Positions 1 through 12,493 of a stretch of DNA of 64,000 nucleotides are shown piece by piece (the first letter of the stretch is position 1; each line of letters opens with the position of its first letter). The notes under the pieces are model-generated. The model made no database searches. It saw only the letters and a program-made list of their open reading frames with translations, and was not told the origin of the DNA. Location of the stretch: NCBI RefSeq assembly GCF_009914755.1, contig NC_060929.1, one strand, 5' to 3'. Source of the stretch: the human T2T-CHM13v2.0 reference genome, Homo sapiens. The position numbers were made by a program, and so were the translations under genes.

Positions 1-44
1 TTCTGCTGGATATATCTAAAGCTTTTAAGGACTACATATAAACA

Positions 45-108
45 TATGTATGAAAGAAGGAGATATGTGAATCTCCTTTATGTATGAAAGAAGGAGATAT
101 GTGAATCT
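45..108. repeat. 30-bp direct duplication
   Basis: TATGTATGAAAGAAGGAGATATGTGAATCT occurs at 45-74 and 79-108, identical, separated by CCTT. Confidence 0.9.
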
Positions 109-284
109 GAAATTGGTTACAGTTTTTTGGAAAACACTAACATTTCCACTGCTGAGACCTACAATGAATCCAGACAGTGGGTGCTGAATCAGAGGAAAAG
201 ACACATTTCCTGAAAGTTCAGGGGGATAAGTTGTTGGGTTTACAAAGTGCCTGTCCCCAAGTTATCCTATCTGCTTCTCTTGTC

Positions 285-415
285 AGTCCTACAAGGTACA
301 GCATTGAATTTCATTACCTCCACATGACAGATGTGGAACAGGAAATTATGAAGGATAGAGTTTTTTGGGTTTTTTTTGTCCCCCAGATTGTGTAGCTCAG
401 TAAGGGGCATAGAGA
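285..415 (-). mobile_element. MIR SINE fragment (diverged)
   Basis: ACATGACAGATGTGGAACAGG...GTCCCCAGATTGTGTAGCTCAGTAAGGGGCA resembles the reverse-complemented MIR core. Confidence 0.4.
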
Positions 416-531
416 CCAGAGACAGGGTTGTGGAGAGGAGCCCCTGAGAATGAAGCCAGTCTATAGAACATGCTGGTGAGCTAAGTCTGGCTCACTGCAT
501 GCAGGCTGCATTGAAAATTCTACCGTGTGCT

Positions 532-1005
532 CATATGTTTATTGCGGCACTATTCACAACAGCAAAGACTTGGAACCAACCCAAATGTCCATCAATGATA
601 GACTGGATTAAGAAAATGTGGCACATATACACCATGGAATACTACGCAGCCATAAAAAAGGATGAGTTCAGTCCTTTGTAGTGACATGGATGAAGCTGGA
701 AACCATCATTCTGAGCAAACTATCGCAAGGACAGAAAACCAAACACCGCATGTTCTCACTCATAGGTGGGAACTGAACAATGAGAACACTTGGACACAGG
801 AAGGGGAACATCACACACCAGGGCCTGTCGTGGGGTGGGGGGAGGGGGTAGGGATAGCATTAGGAGAAATACCTAATGTAAACGAGGAGTTAATGGGTGC
901 AGCAAACCAACATGGCACGTGTATACATACGTAACAAACCTGCACTTTGTGCACATGTACCCTAGAACTTCAAGTATAATAAAAAAAATTAAAATAAAAT
1001 AAAAA
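532..1005 (+). mobile_element. 5'-truncated L1PA (approx. L1PA5-7) 3' end with poly(A) tail
   Basis: ORF2 C-terminal remnant (MFIAALFTTAKTWNQPKCPS), L1PA 3'UTR and A-rich tail. 19-bp target-site duplication (TSD) GAAAATTCTACC[G/A]TGTGCT at 513-531 and 1006-1024. Confidence 0.93.
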
Positions 1006-1067
1006 GAAAATTCTACCATGTGCTAAAGAACTTCTGGTTGAAAAAAACACATTGTATTGTATTGTAT

Positions 1068-1630
1068 ATTTTATTTCTAAACTTTTAGTTTTGAGGGGTA
1101 CATATACAGGTTGGTTCTATAGATAAACTGCGTGTCGTGGGGGTTTGTTGGACATATTATTTCATCACCCAATTAATAAACATAGTACCCAATAGGTAGT
1201 TTTTCAATCCTCACCCTCCTCCTACCCTCCACCCTCAATTAGGTCTGGTATCCATTGTTCCCTTCTTTGTGTCCATATGTACTCAATATTTAGCTCCCAT
1301 TTACAAGTGAGCACATGCAGTCTTTGGTTTTCTGTTCCTGCATTAGTTTGCTTAGGCTAATGGCCTCCAGCTCATCCAAGTTGCTGCAAAATACATTATC
1401 TCATTTGTTTTATGGCTATGCAGTGTTCCTTGGTGTATATGTACCACATTTTCTTTATCTAGTCTGCCATTGATGGGCATTTACCTTGATTCCATGTTCT
1501 TTGCTATTGTGAATATTGCTGTTTGGCCACTGTAGAAAGCAGTTTGGTGATTTCTCAAGGAAATTAGAGCTACCATTTGGCCCAGCAGTCTTGTTATTGG
1601 GTATATACCAAAGGAATATAAATCATTATA
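1068..1630 (-). mobile_element. Older L1PA (approx. L1PA13-16) 3' end with 5' inversion
   Basis: Antisense 3'UTR/ORF2 end at 1068-1521, then a sense-orientation ORF2 piece (GGCCACTGTAGAAAGCAGTTTGG...GGAATATAAATCATT) at ~1525-1627. Confidence 0.8.
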
Positions 1631-2503
1631 TTATTTTAAAATACCAATTAGAATTTGTAATTACAAGATTTTGGTCAGTCTTTTGGAAAAGAAACTTATG
1701 GTTTAACACCATTCAAATATTATAATTTATTGTGTCCAAACTCCTGTGTAGCTACGCTATACTCTATTACAGGCTTAAAGAGAGATTTTAATCTCAGCCA
1801 TAGCAGAGAATGTGTTTTCTTGTTTCAGCTATAAATTGGACCCAAGCACAATGTTTAAGGGCCAATGTATGTTTTTATAACAACTCCACAAATATAAATT
1901 CTGCATGCTAGTGTGTCATACTGGCTTCAAGGGAAATAGTAGCATTCAATAACTTTGGGATATGTTCTTTATAAAAATTGCTCTTCATTGTGAACATTTC
2001 TATTAATTTGGCCTCATGTTCATTACATCCAGGGTATTTTTCTCAGACGCTGGCTGCCTAGATGAATTTTGTTAGGCAGATACAGAATCAAAACAGGCTA
2101 AACAATACTGCAGGAACTTATGCTACAGGAGATGTTTCTGTACATAGTTACCCAGACTTCAGTCATGGCTCATGTGGGCTCTAGTAATAAAAGTAAGAGT
2201 TTTACAAGTGAGCATCTGCTACATACCTCCTGGGTGGGAGTAACTCACACTGTCACAAGGAGTCACATTCGTGACCGTCACTGGCTGGATCTCATGGCAT
2301 CCTTTGATATTATTGTAGTCTACATTGAGGAAATATTTAAGAACATATTTTGTCTGAATATTAAAACCATTTTGAAACTGGAGGTTTTGTATGAAAGAAC
2401 CATCCAATATTTTGTTTCATTAGATAGAAAATTATCATCAATGAAATATTCACTAAACTGGAGCTCGAATTCCTACTTGAAACCTGGGACAATTATTATC
2501 TAA

Positions 2504-3028
2504 TCTATTATCCTAAGTAATTTCAATTGCAACGTAAATACTAAAAAATAATGATCAACCAGCAACTACCACTAATCAGCACCCATAACTGTACAAGGCA
2601 GCCACACCCAGAGAATCTTCATGCAATAACCCTGCCCCCTCACCCTCAAAAATCATCCAACTCTCTATGCTATTAAAAGCAATCGTGATCCCCACTCCAT
2701 CGTGCTCAATTAATCACGGAACCAGCATCAACTCCATTAACAGTCCTAATAAGAAATCTCCTCAGATGTCAATATTTAACCCTTATGTTTCAGAATACTC
2801 CTCAGTTTCCATCGTCATAGTATAGCCAAAAACAACCATCATACCACCCAAATAAACCACACAGACTATCAACCCCATGAAAGCCCCACCAAAATTCAAC
2901 ACAATACCACAACCCACAGCACCACTAGTAATAAGCCCTTGACCTCCATAAATAGGAGAAGGTTTCGAAGAGAAACCTACAAACCCTATAGTCAAAAAGA
3001 CACTTAATAAAAATATAGTATATGCCAT
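2504..3028 (-). pseudogene. MT-ND6: NADH dehydrogenase subunit 6 pseudogene (NUMT)
   Basis: 525 bp from ATG (3028) to AGA (2504-2506). Translation [29 protein letters not shown]...[12 protein letters not shown]. Premature TAA at 2783-2785 and TAG at 2513-2515. Confidence 0.95.
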
Positions 3029-3097
3029 TATTCCCACATGGACTATAACCATGACTAATGACATGAAAAATCATTTCTGTATTTCAACTATAAGAAC
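3029..3097 (-). tRNA. MT-TE: mt-tRNA-Glu pseudogene copy (NUMT)
   Basis: 69 bp between ND6 and CYTB; TTC anticodon retained (GACATGAAAAATC on the + strand). Confidence 0.9.
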
Positions 3098-3101
3098 CCT
3101 A

Positions 3102-4241
3102 ATGGCCAATATCTGCAAAACATACCCGCTAATAAAAATTATTAATTACTCATTTATTGATCTTCCCACACCATTTAACATTTCTATATGATGAAACTTC
3201 GGCTCACTTCTTGGTGCTTGCCTAACCCTCCAGATCATCATTGGACTGTTTTTGGCCATGCACTACACATCAGACACCTCAACTTCCTTCTCTTCAGTTG
3301 CTCATATTAGCCGAGATGTAAACTACGGCTGAATGGTCTGCTATTTTCATGCTAATGGCGCTTCCATATTTTTCATCTGCCTCTTCTTACACATTGGCTG
3401 AGGTTTATACTATGGATCATTTACATTTCTAGAAACCTGAAATATCGGCATTATCCTCCTACTCACAACTATGGCAACAGCATTCATAGGCTACGTGCTC
3501 CCATAAGGCCAGATATCTTTCTGAGGCACTACAGTAGTTACAAATCTACTATCAGTGATTTCATATATTGGAACTGACCTTGGGCATTGAATCTGAGGTG
3601 GATTCTCAGTTGGCAAAGCCACCCTTACATGATTCTTTGCTTTCCATTTCATCTTACCCTTCATCATTACAGCCCTAGCAGCTGTTCACCTTTTACTCCT
3701 ACATGAAACAGGATCTAATAACCCTTTAGGGGTTTCATCAGACCCAGGCAAAATTACCTTCCACCCCTACCACACAATCAAAGATATTTTAGGTTTAATT
3801 TTTCTCCTCCTCCTTCGAATAACTCTAGTACTATTTTCGCCTGACCTCCTGGGTGACCCAGATAACTACGCTTTAGCCAACCCCCTCAGTACCCAACCCC
3901 ACATTAAACCAGAGTGGTACTTTTTGTTTGCACAGGCAATCTTACCATCCATCCCTCACAAACTAGGAGGCATACTGGCCCTTGTATTCTCCATTCTCAT
4001 TCTAACAGTTATTCCCATGCTTCACACGTCTAAACAACAAAGCATAATATTCCGACTGTTGAGTAAATGGCTATTCTGAATCTTAGTGGCCAACCTATTT
4101 ACACTCACATGAATTGGAGGGCAGCCAGTCAAACACCCTTTTATTGTCGTCGGACAGATGGCATCTATTATGTACTTCTCTACCATTCTCACCCCTATAC
4201 TACTCACCGGCCTAATTGAAAATAAGCTACTTAAATGAAGG
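3102..4241 (+). pseudogene. MT-CYB: Cytochrome b pseudogene (NUMT)
   Basis: 1140 bp from ATG to AAA TGA AGG. Motifs WWNFGSLLG (TGATGAAACTTCGGCTCACTTCTTGGT) and [10 protein letters not shown] (CACATTAAACCAGAGTGGTACTTTTTGTTT). Codon 135 (Trp) is a TAA stop at 3504-3506. Confidence 0.97.
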
Positions 4242-4242
4242 T

Positions 4243-4309
4243 GCCCTTGTAGTATAATTTAATACTCTGGTCTTGTAAACCAGAAGTGGAGACTCCCCTC
4301 CCCAGGAAA
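4243..4309 (+). tRNA. MT-TT: mt-tRNA-Thr pseudogene copy (NUMT)
   Basis: Starts GCCCTTGTAGTATAA; anticodon arm CTGGT-CTTGTAA-ACCAG with TGT anticodon. Confidence 0.9.
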
Positions 4310-4311
4310 TC

Positions 4312-4378
4312 TCAGGGAAAATGCGTCCCGCTTCACTGTCAACACTCAAAGCTGAAATTCTAATTAAGCTATTCACTG
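4312..4378 (-). tRNA. MT-TP: mt-tRNA-Pro pseudogene copy (NUMT), anticodon mutated TGG to TGA
   Basis: Correct position after tRNA-Thr; + strand ends AAGCTGAAATTCTAATTAAGCTATTCACTG; minus-strand loop reads TTTGAGT. Confidence 0.85.
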
Positions 4379-5692
4379 AATTCTTTCTTGCACATACTTT
4401 GACTACCACGTCACTACTAATCAATTAGCACTATTACATTAGTGCTTGTATGTACTTCCTGCATTACTGCTAGTCCCCATAAATAATATATAGTACTATA
4501 ATTGCTTGATTGTACATAGTACATTCATACATAACAATACATTATAAATCTAGCTCACATACATATAAGCACGTATTAGGAATTTCTTAATCAACTGTCA
4601 TAAATCTAGTATTACCGACTGTACACCTAAATATAATCCACATGGATATTGACCCGTACTATAAATACTTAATATTACATAGTACATACATTCGTTCATC
4701 AGACACAGAACATTTTAGTCAAGACGTCCCTCGTCAACATGGATATCCACTGTCAATTTTTGGTCTCTTAATCTACTAAACTCCAAGAAATCATCATCCC
4801 GCTCGGGAGTACTACTCTCCTCGCTCCGGGCCCATGACACTTGGGGGTGACTATACTGAAACTATACCTGGCATCTGGTTCTTACTTCAGGGCCATAGAA
4901 CTAAGATCGCCCACACGTTCCCCTTAAATAAGACATCTCGATGGGCTAATGACTACCACACTATTAACCAGTCACAGGAGCACCATCATGCAGTTGGTAT
5001 TTATAACTTCGGGGGATGCTATCACAGCATCGCGGACGGCCTGGTCCCTGACCAATCCTCTGTGGACGAATTCGGATTTGATTCCTGCCAAATCAATCGT
5101 AGAAGCTGAGCTTGTATTGAATATTCCAGGCTGGCATAATAACCATAAGGTGTTAATTAATTCATGCTTGAAAGACATAAGAATTAATCAATAGATGCTC
5201 ACACATGCAGGCATGCTCAATTTCAAGAACTATTTCCAATTAAATCCGCAAATTCCCCTTTCCCCAATCTGTGACTTTACCGTCAACCTAGGTAAACGTA
5301 CCCTTGCCAAACCCCAAAAACAAGAGACTAAACAGTAATCCAGTCAGAGCTCAAAAATTATATTTTAACCACAAATACCCCAATAGCTACCCCTCGATTT
5401 AGGTAATTTTCTAAAAAATTTTAAGACCCTCCTACCAAATAAATCCTCCTTTGTGTAATAAATATAACTAAATATCTGCCCTAATACTAATATAATATCT
5501 TGAGCATATTCCTCTGAAAGCACTGCCCCAATATATCATACCCTAAATAAACCATATTCTAATTATAAGAAATCCTCTCAGCCAAACCTCTGCCAATTCG
5601 ACTTCAAAGACCCTGAATTCCCAGAACTGTTAATAACTATACTTATTTCTTTCTTTCTTATATTTTAATTTTCCACTTAAGAATTCTATGCA
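4379..5692 (+). other. Mitochondrial control region (D-loop) copy
   Basis: Central conserved domain (CTCCTCGCTCCGGGCCCAT...CATCTGGTTCTTACTTCAGGGCCAT; CCCCTTAAATAAGACATCTCGATG). CSB1 at 5153-5180, CSB2-like C-tract at 5249-5265, CSB3 TGCCAAACCCCAAAAAC at 5305-5321. Confidence 0.93.
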
Positions 5693-5695
5693 GTT

Positions 5696-5987
<292 letters not shown>

Positions 5988-5994
5988 CTATGCA

Positions 5995-6064
5995 GTTAAT
6001 ACAGTTATTCATTCAGAGCAAGGCACTGAAAATGTCTAGATGGGTCCACACAACCCTATAAACA
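5995..6064 (+). tRNA. MT-TF: mt-tRNA-Phe pseudogene copy (NUMT)
   Basis: GTTAAT...GCAAGGCACTGAAAATGTCTAGATGGG...ATAAACA; GAA anticodon; directly precedes 12S. Confidence 0.9.
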
Positions 6065-6497
6065 AATAGGTTTGGTCGTGGCCTTTTTATTAACTCGTAG
6101 GATTACACATGCATGCATCCCCACCCCAGTGAAAATGTCCTCTAGATCACCCGGATCAAAAGGAGCAGGTATCAAGCACGCACAAATGCAACTCAAAACG
6201 CTTTGCTCAACCACACCCCCACAGCAAACAGCAGTGATAAATCTTTAGCAATAAAAGAAAGTTTGACTAAGTCATACTAATATTTAGGGTTGGTTAATTT
6301 CATGCCAGCCACCGCAGCCATACAGTTAACACGAGCTAATAAAACTCAGTGTAAAGAGTGTTTAAGGTCTACCCTCAATAAAGCTAAGTTCCATCTAAGT
6401 TGTAAAAAACTCCAGCTGAAGTAAAATGTACTACGAAAGTGGCTTTAATATCCTGAAGACACAATAGCTAAGACCCAAACTGGGATTAGATACCCCA
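6065..6497 (+). rRNA. MT-RNR1: 5' part of 12S mt-rRNA pseudogene (NUMT)
   Basis: AATAGGTTTGGTC..., TGCCAGCCACCGC, ending at AAACTGGGATTAGATACCCCA. Confidence 0.95.
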
Positions 6498-7354
6498 GGC
6501 TGAGATTCTTTGTACAGATGCAACGAATTAAGTGAGATAAGCTCAAGGGTTAACTTTAAATTAAAATGTGAAATTAGCTAAATTTTTCCAAGCTGACTTT
6601 TTAGTGTTGAACTATCACTGGCCCTATGATAATCAGAATGAGTTACTCACAAAGAATTGTCATAAATTATGCAGAAGAAAAATAACCATAATTTTGATTA
6701 AAAACAGATATTTAAACCTTTATAAACAAAGCATATATTTTGTGGTACAGAAAGTCATAATATCTATTCAATATCTTGCTAATAGCTGAACTTAAAAAGA
6801 ATAATGGCTCAGGCTATTTAATTTTTCCCTATGAAATTCTAACAGTGTCTCTGTAGATATAAAGCCTATTTTGGTTTCTTTTACGTTATAAAAATATTAC
6901 ATGGCATTTTCTTTTTTTCCAGAATTCAGATATTTTGCAACAATTTTGACAAAATGCTTTCCCAGCTAAGGAGAAAAGAAAGCAGGCATAGAAAAAAACA
7001 ATTACCGAGAGTTTTATCCTGCGGGAGAGAACTGAAGAAAAATATTGAGCTGTATGTTTTTCAGATTTTCAAAGTTTTTCAAAGGTGATAGCACCTCTGT
7101 AAACACAGGCCACGAACATTTCACCTGCCGTTGTTCAAAAGGTGAATGTAATGTACAATCATACAGAAAATGATCTCTTTTACTCTTCATCTGAGATCCA
7201 TAAGGGAGATTGTATTAAAATTACTGAATGTATCTCACATTGAAAAAACAGCTAGTAAGAACCAGTTCTGTCATGGCAAAGTAATGACCTTCCAATATCT
7301 ACTCCTTCACATAAGCAATAAGAAAACTAGCAAAGATGATTGTAATTGATATGT

Positions 7355-7500
7355 TCAAATTACTAAAATCAGGAATGAAAGAGGAAACATTACTACTGAC
7401 TTTCAAATCTTTTTAAAGAAGATTTAAGGCAATATTTTGAATAGTTGTAGGCCAAGAAACTTGATAATAGAGATGAAATGAACAAATTCCTAGAAAGACA
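7355..7500 (+). mobile_element. Old L1M ORF2 fragment
   Basis: AAAATCAGGAATGAAAGAGGAAACATTACTAC...GATGAAATGAACAAATTCCTAGAAAGACA. Confidence 0.7.
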
Positions 7501-7502
7501 CT

Positions 7503-7767
7503 ATGGTACACAGATAATTACGCCCAAAGATATGTCCACGTTTTAATATCACCTTATATGGTAAAGTTTATGCAGATATAATTAAGAACTTTAAGATGAG
7601 GAGATCATCCTTAATTATCCCAATGCGTACTAAATGCCATGGAAAACGTCTTTATGAGAGGCGGAAAGGGGTCACACACACATAGATTACCAAAGTAGGA
7701 GATGTGAAGACAGAAGCAGTGACTGGAGTGATGTGGCCATAAGCCAATGGATGCCAACAGCCACCAA
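7503..7767 (+). mobile_element. MLT1 (MLT1B/C/D-like) MaLR LTR fragment
   Basis: AAAGATATGTCCACG..., GATGAGGAGATCATCCT...GTGAAGACAGAAGCAG...GGAGTGATGTGGCCATAAGCCAA. Confidence 0.7.
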
Positions 7768-8293
7768 TAATTTGGCAAACACTCTGGTAATGCCACAAAA
7801 AGTTATACATACAGTTACAGTATAACAGATCAATTCCACTCTCAGTTCTATATACGAGATCATTGAAAACAGCCCATACACAATCTTGTACACAAATTTT
7901 CATAGCATTATTCACAATAGTCTAAAAATGGAAACAATCCAAATTATAAACTGATAAACAGATAAGCGAAATATGGTACATACATGCAATAAAACGTTAT
8001 TCACCCACAAAAAGCAATGAAGTACCTATATATGCGACTACAGGGGTATACCTTTAAAACATTCTGCTAAATAAAAGAAGTCAGACACAGTAGGTCACAG
8101 TTTGTATGATTCCCGTTATATAGAATGTCTAGAAAAGGCAATTCTATACAGAAAAAAGCAATTAGTGTTAAGGAGTGGGAGGGAGGGGCAAAGGAAGACT
8201 GCTAATGGGTAAGCAGTTTCTTTAAGTGGTAATAAAAATATTCTGAAATTAATGGTGATGGGTGCAAAACCTTGTGAATACATAAACCAGTGA
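7768..8293 (+). mobile_element. L1MB-type 3' region
   Basis: CATAGCATTATTCACAATAG..., AAAAGAAGTCAGACAC...TGTATGATTCC..., GGTGATGGGTGCAAAACCTTGTGAATA. Confidence 0.75.
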
Positions 8294-8319
8294 TACCCCA
8301 TATAAACCAGTGATACCAG

Positions 8320-9632
8320 TGTACCCAATAAGTAATTTTTCAACCCTCATCCTCCCCCAATTTTTCCTTTCTTTTTGGACTTCCCAATGTCTATTATTTC
8401 TATCTTTACATCCATGTGTATCCACTGTTTAGCTCCCACTTATACATGGGGACATGCCATATTTGATTTTCTGCTTCTCAATTAGTCCACTTAGGATAAT
8501 GGCCTCCAGTTCCATCCATGTTGCTGAAAAATATATGATTTCATTCTTTTTTATGGATGAATAGTATATATGGCATAGTGTATATATACCATATTTTCTT
8601 TATTCGATTGACCATTAATGGACATATAGGTTGGGTCCATGACTTTGCTATTGTGAATAGTGCTGCAATAAACATAAAAATGTATATTCATTTTTATAGA
8701 ATGATATTTTCCCTTGTATAGATAGCCAGTAGTGCAACTGTTGGGTCCAATGGTAGTTCTATTTTTAATTATTTGAGATATCTCCATACTGCTGTCTATA
8801 GAGGTTGGACTGATTTACATTCCTACCAAGAGAGTATAAGTGTTTTCTCTGCACTTATGCCAACATCTGTTGTTTTTTGACATTTTAGTAATAGCCATTC
8901 CGACTGATCTAAGATGATATTTCAGTGTTGTTTTAATTTGTATTTCTTTGATGATTATTGATATTGAGCATTTTTTTCACATTTATTGACCACTTGCATT
9001 TCTTCTTTTGTATTTCTGTTCATGTCCTTTGACCAGTTTTTAATGGTGTTGTTTTTTATCTTGTTGAGTCATTTGAATTACTTGTAGATTCTGGATTTTA
9101 GTCCTTTGTCAGGGGCACAACTTGCAAATATTTTCTCCCATTCTGTAGATTGCCTGTTTATTCTGTTTATTATTTATTTTTCTGTGCAGAAGATTTTATG
9201 TTTAATCAAATCTCACTTGCCTATTTTTGTTTTCATAGCATTTGCTTTAGAGGTCTTTTATTATAAATTATGTGTTTAGGCTGATGTTCAGAATAATTTT
9301 TCCTAGGTTTTCTTCTAGGATTTTTATAGTTTCAGGTCTTATGTCTAGGTTGTTAATTCATCTCGAGTTCATTTTTGTAGATTGTGAAAGATAGGAATTC
9401 AGTCCAGAGGCATCACATTGCCTGACTTCAAATTATACTATAAGGCAATGATAACTGAAACAACATGGTACTCCTACAAAGACAGATAGGTTAATGGAAC
9501 AGAATAGAGAACAAAATAAAGCCACATACCCACAATCAACCGATCTTCTGTAAAGTAAAAAATAAACAATGGGGAAAGGACACCCTGTTCAATAAAATGT
9601 GCTGGGGATATCGGCTGGCTATATGCAGAAGG
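8320..9632 (-). mobile_element. L1 (L1PB/L1MA-type) with 5' inversion
   Basis: Antisense ORF2 end/3'UTR at 8320-9403, then sense ORF2 (GAGGCATCACATTGCCTGACTTCAAATTATACTA...ATATGCAGAAG) at ~9405-9632. Confidence 0.85.
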
Positions 9633-9934
9633 TTGACACTTCTTTAATTGAAGAAAACCTGTATTCTAGCCATGCTTCACAGTATAGAGTGAGCTGCCAG
9701 CTGCTACTGAGAAATTGTTGGAGTAAGAATTTCTTTTAACTTTATACATGTTCATAAAGTAGCTCACATTTTATTTTTGGGGTTTAACATTAAGTGTTGC
9801 TTTTTAAATGTTTCCTTTGGCATTTGAAATTTAATTTCCAAAGACAGAAATAAGGAAATTCACCTATACACAATGTGTAACTACAGACTAGGTTAGTGCA
9901 GTGTCTGAATGGGTAGTATCTGTGGAGATCTTTC

Positions 9935-9995
9935 TGGCTAAGTCCAGCTCAGGCACTTCCCAGCTGTGTAACCTTGGGAAAAATCATTTAACCTT
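9935..9995 (+). mobile_element. MIR fragment
   Basis: CCAGCTCAGGCACTTCCCAGCTGTGTAACCTTGGGAAAAATCATTTAACCT matches the MIR core. Confidence 0.6.
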
Positions 9996-9997
9996 TT

Positions 9998-10372
9998 AGG
10001 GATGGTTAATTATATGTGTCAATTTGACTAGGCCAGGTGGCACAGTTGTTTGGTCAAATACCATTCTAGATGTTACTGTGAAGTTATTTTCAGATGTGAT
10101 TCCTAGACTTTGAGAAAGCGGATTACCCTCTGCAATATGGGTGGGCCTCATCCAATCAGCTGAAGGCCTTAAGAACAAAGGTTGCTGGAAGAAGAAGAAA
10201 TTCTACCTCAAGACTGCAACATAGAAACTCTGCCTAATTTTCCAGACTGCTGCTCTGCAGATATTAGTCTCAAGACTGGAACATCAACCCTTTTCTGAAT
10301 TTTCAGGCTGGGAGTGTGCCCTACAAATTTCAGACTTGCCAGCCCCCATAAACATATAAGCCAATTACTTTA
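9998..10372 (+). mobile_element. MLT2D-like ERV-L LTR
   Basis: GATGGTTAATTATATGTGTCAATTTGACTAGGCCA...GTTGTTTGGTCAAATACCATTCTAGATGTT...GGGTGGGCCTCATCCAATCAG. Confidence 0.8.
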
Positions 10373-10373
10373 A

Positions 10374-10393
10374 TTCTCTCTCTCTCTCTCTCC

Positions 10394-10430
<37 letters not shown>
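10374..10430. repeat. Compound (TC)n(TG)17 microsatellite
   Basis: Read directly; the TG run spans 10397-10430. Confidence 0.95.
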
Positions 10431-10431
<1 letters not shown>

Positions 10432-11484
10432 ACATATAATTACTTGGAATAATACCTAGGATATAGTTAACACTAAAAATAAATTAGGATGTAAGCATAT
10501 CTTTTGGGAGGCCACTATTCAACCTACTATACTCTGAAATTCAATTCGTTGTTTTTGTGTGTGTGCATATGAATGAGTTGAGTTCTCAGTAAAAATATTT
10601 GGATTTTTGTCATCTGAAGAGCATGTTTCTAACTTTAGCTTTTATCTACATGTATTTTTTGTTGTTATTCACATTGTCTTAATTTCCCAGATTTAAAAAC
10701 AATCTGTCTTCTTGGGTAAAAATAGATGAATATCTATAGATTTCATACTCATTCGTTAACACAAGGGCAAATTTTTTCTCATTTAGAAACCCATCCCCTT
10801 GACTCCTATTCTGTTCTATAATAAATATATTTCTGAGACTGGCAATTCTCCAGTTCTCTTCCAAAGCTATTTAATTTTTTGGCTAAGGCATACAAAAGAG
10901 TTACAATAATTTGTTTATAAATTAGGGAATAAATTGGAAAGACAATAGTATGAGTATCAACTGCTGTGTTCAAGGACACCGGGATAGGGGCTCTATTTTT
11001 TCTTGTTAATGAGGATAAACTTTGGGGATCCCAAAAGATACCAATGTTAGCAAACCTTCTTCTAAATGAAGTGCAGGAGTGGTTTCTGGAAGTTCTTCTT
11101 CAGTGAAGACTGAAAACCTGAGTCAAAAACCCCCATGCTGTAGTGAGCTTGGAGATTCCCAGATATCCTCAAACCTTCCCCTGCTCCAAGAGTTTCATGG
11201 CTGAGTGCATCCCTCAGGGCCTCCAAGACCAGGCATAGCTGCCCTGCAATGTGGCATCTGCTTCTCCTCTCTGTGGCCACCTGATTTGAGACGACATTCT
11301 GTAATGCTTGACAATAAATCCATATGTGATCTGGGAAGAGGGAATCTCACTCACCCACTTTGCTTGTTTTAGTGTGATAGTCTCAAGTTAAATACAAGCA
11401 GCATGCATATACTTTTATAAAAACACTTGTCACAAAAACAATAGCAGAACAAGCTCAAATTGTTTCATTTTAATACATTGATGA

Positions 11485-12187
<703 letters not shown>

Positions 12188-12493
12188 GACAAATATAATA
12201 TTTTAGCAAAAATAAAGAATATCTTCTATAGCTGTGAAAATAATAGCAGTTATTATTGCAGAAATGGTGCATCATATGAAAGCTTTGAAAATTAAAGTGT
12301 ATTCAAACAGTATCTTTCAAAAAGTGTGGACCATGCCATGCAAGCCAAGAACTTTATTAGAGCATGATTTTTTTGGGTAGATTCCTCAAAGATATTAATA
12401 ATATTAGGCAATATGTTTCAAATGTTTTCTATTAAATTCCATTGGCTGTTTTCAGGTTAAGTGTGAGCACAAATATAATTTTCTCACAGAACC

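Noticed and set aside
2461-2472. GAGCTCGAATTC (SacI-EcoRI, as in the pUC polylinker) just before the NUMT
   Set aside because: Only 12 bp match and neither flank continues as polylinker, so it is probably chance rather than vector contamination.
6065-6497. MOTS-c or humanin-like micropeptide copies
   Set aside because: The NUMT ends before the MOTS-c part of 12S and contains no 16S.
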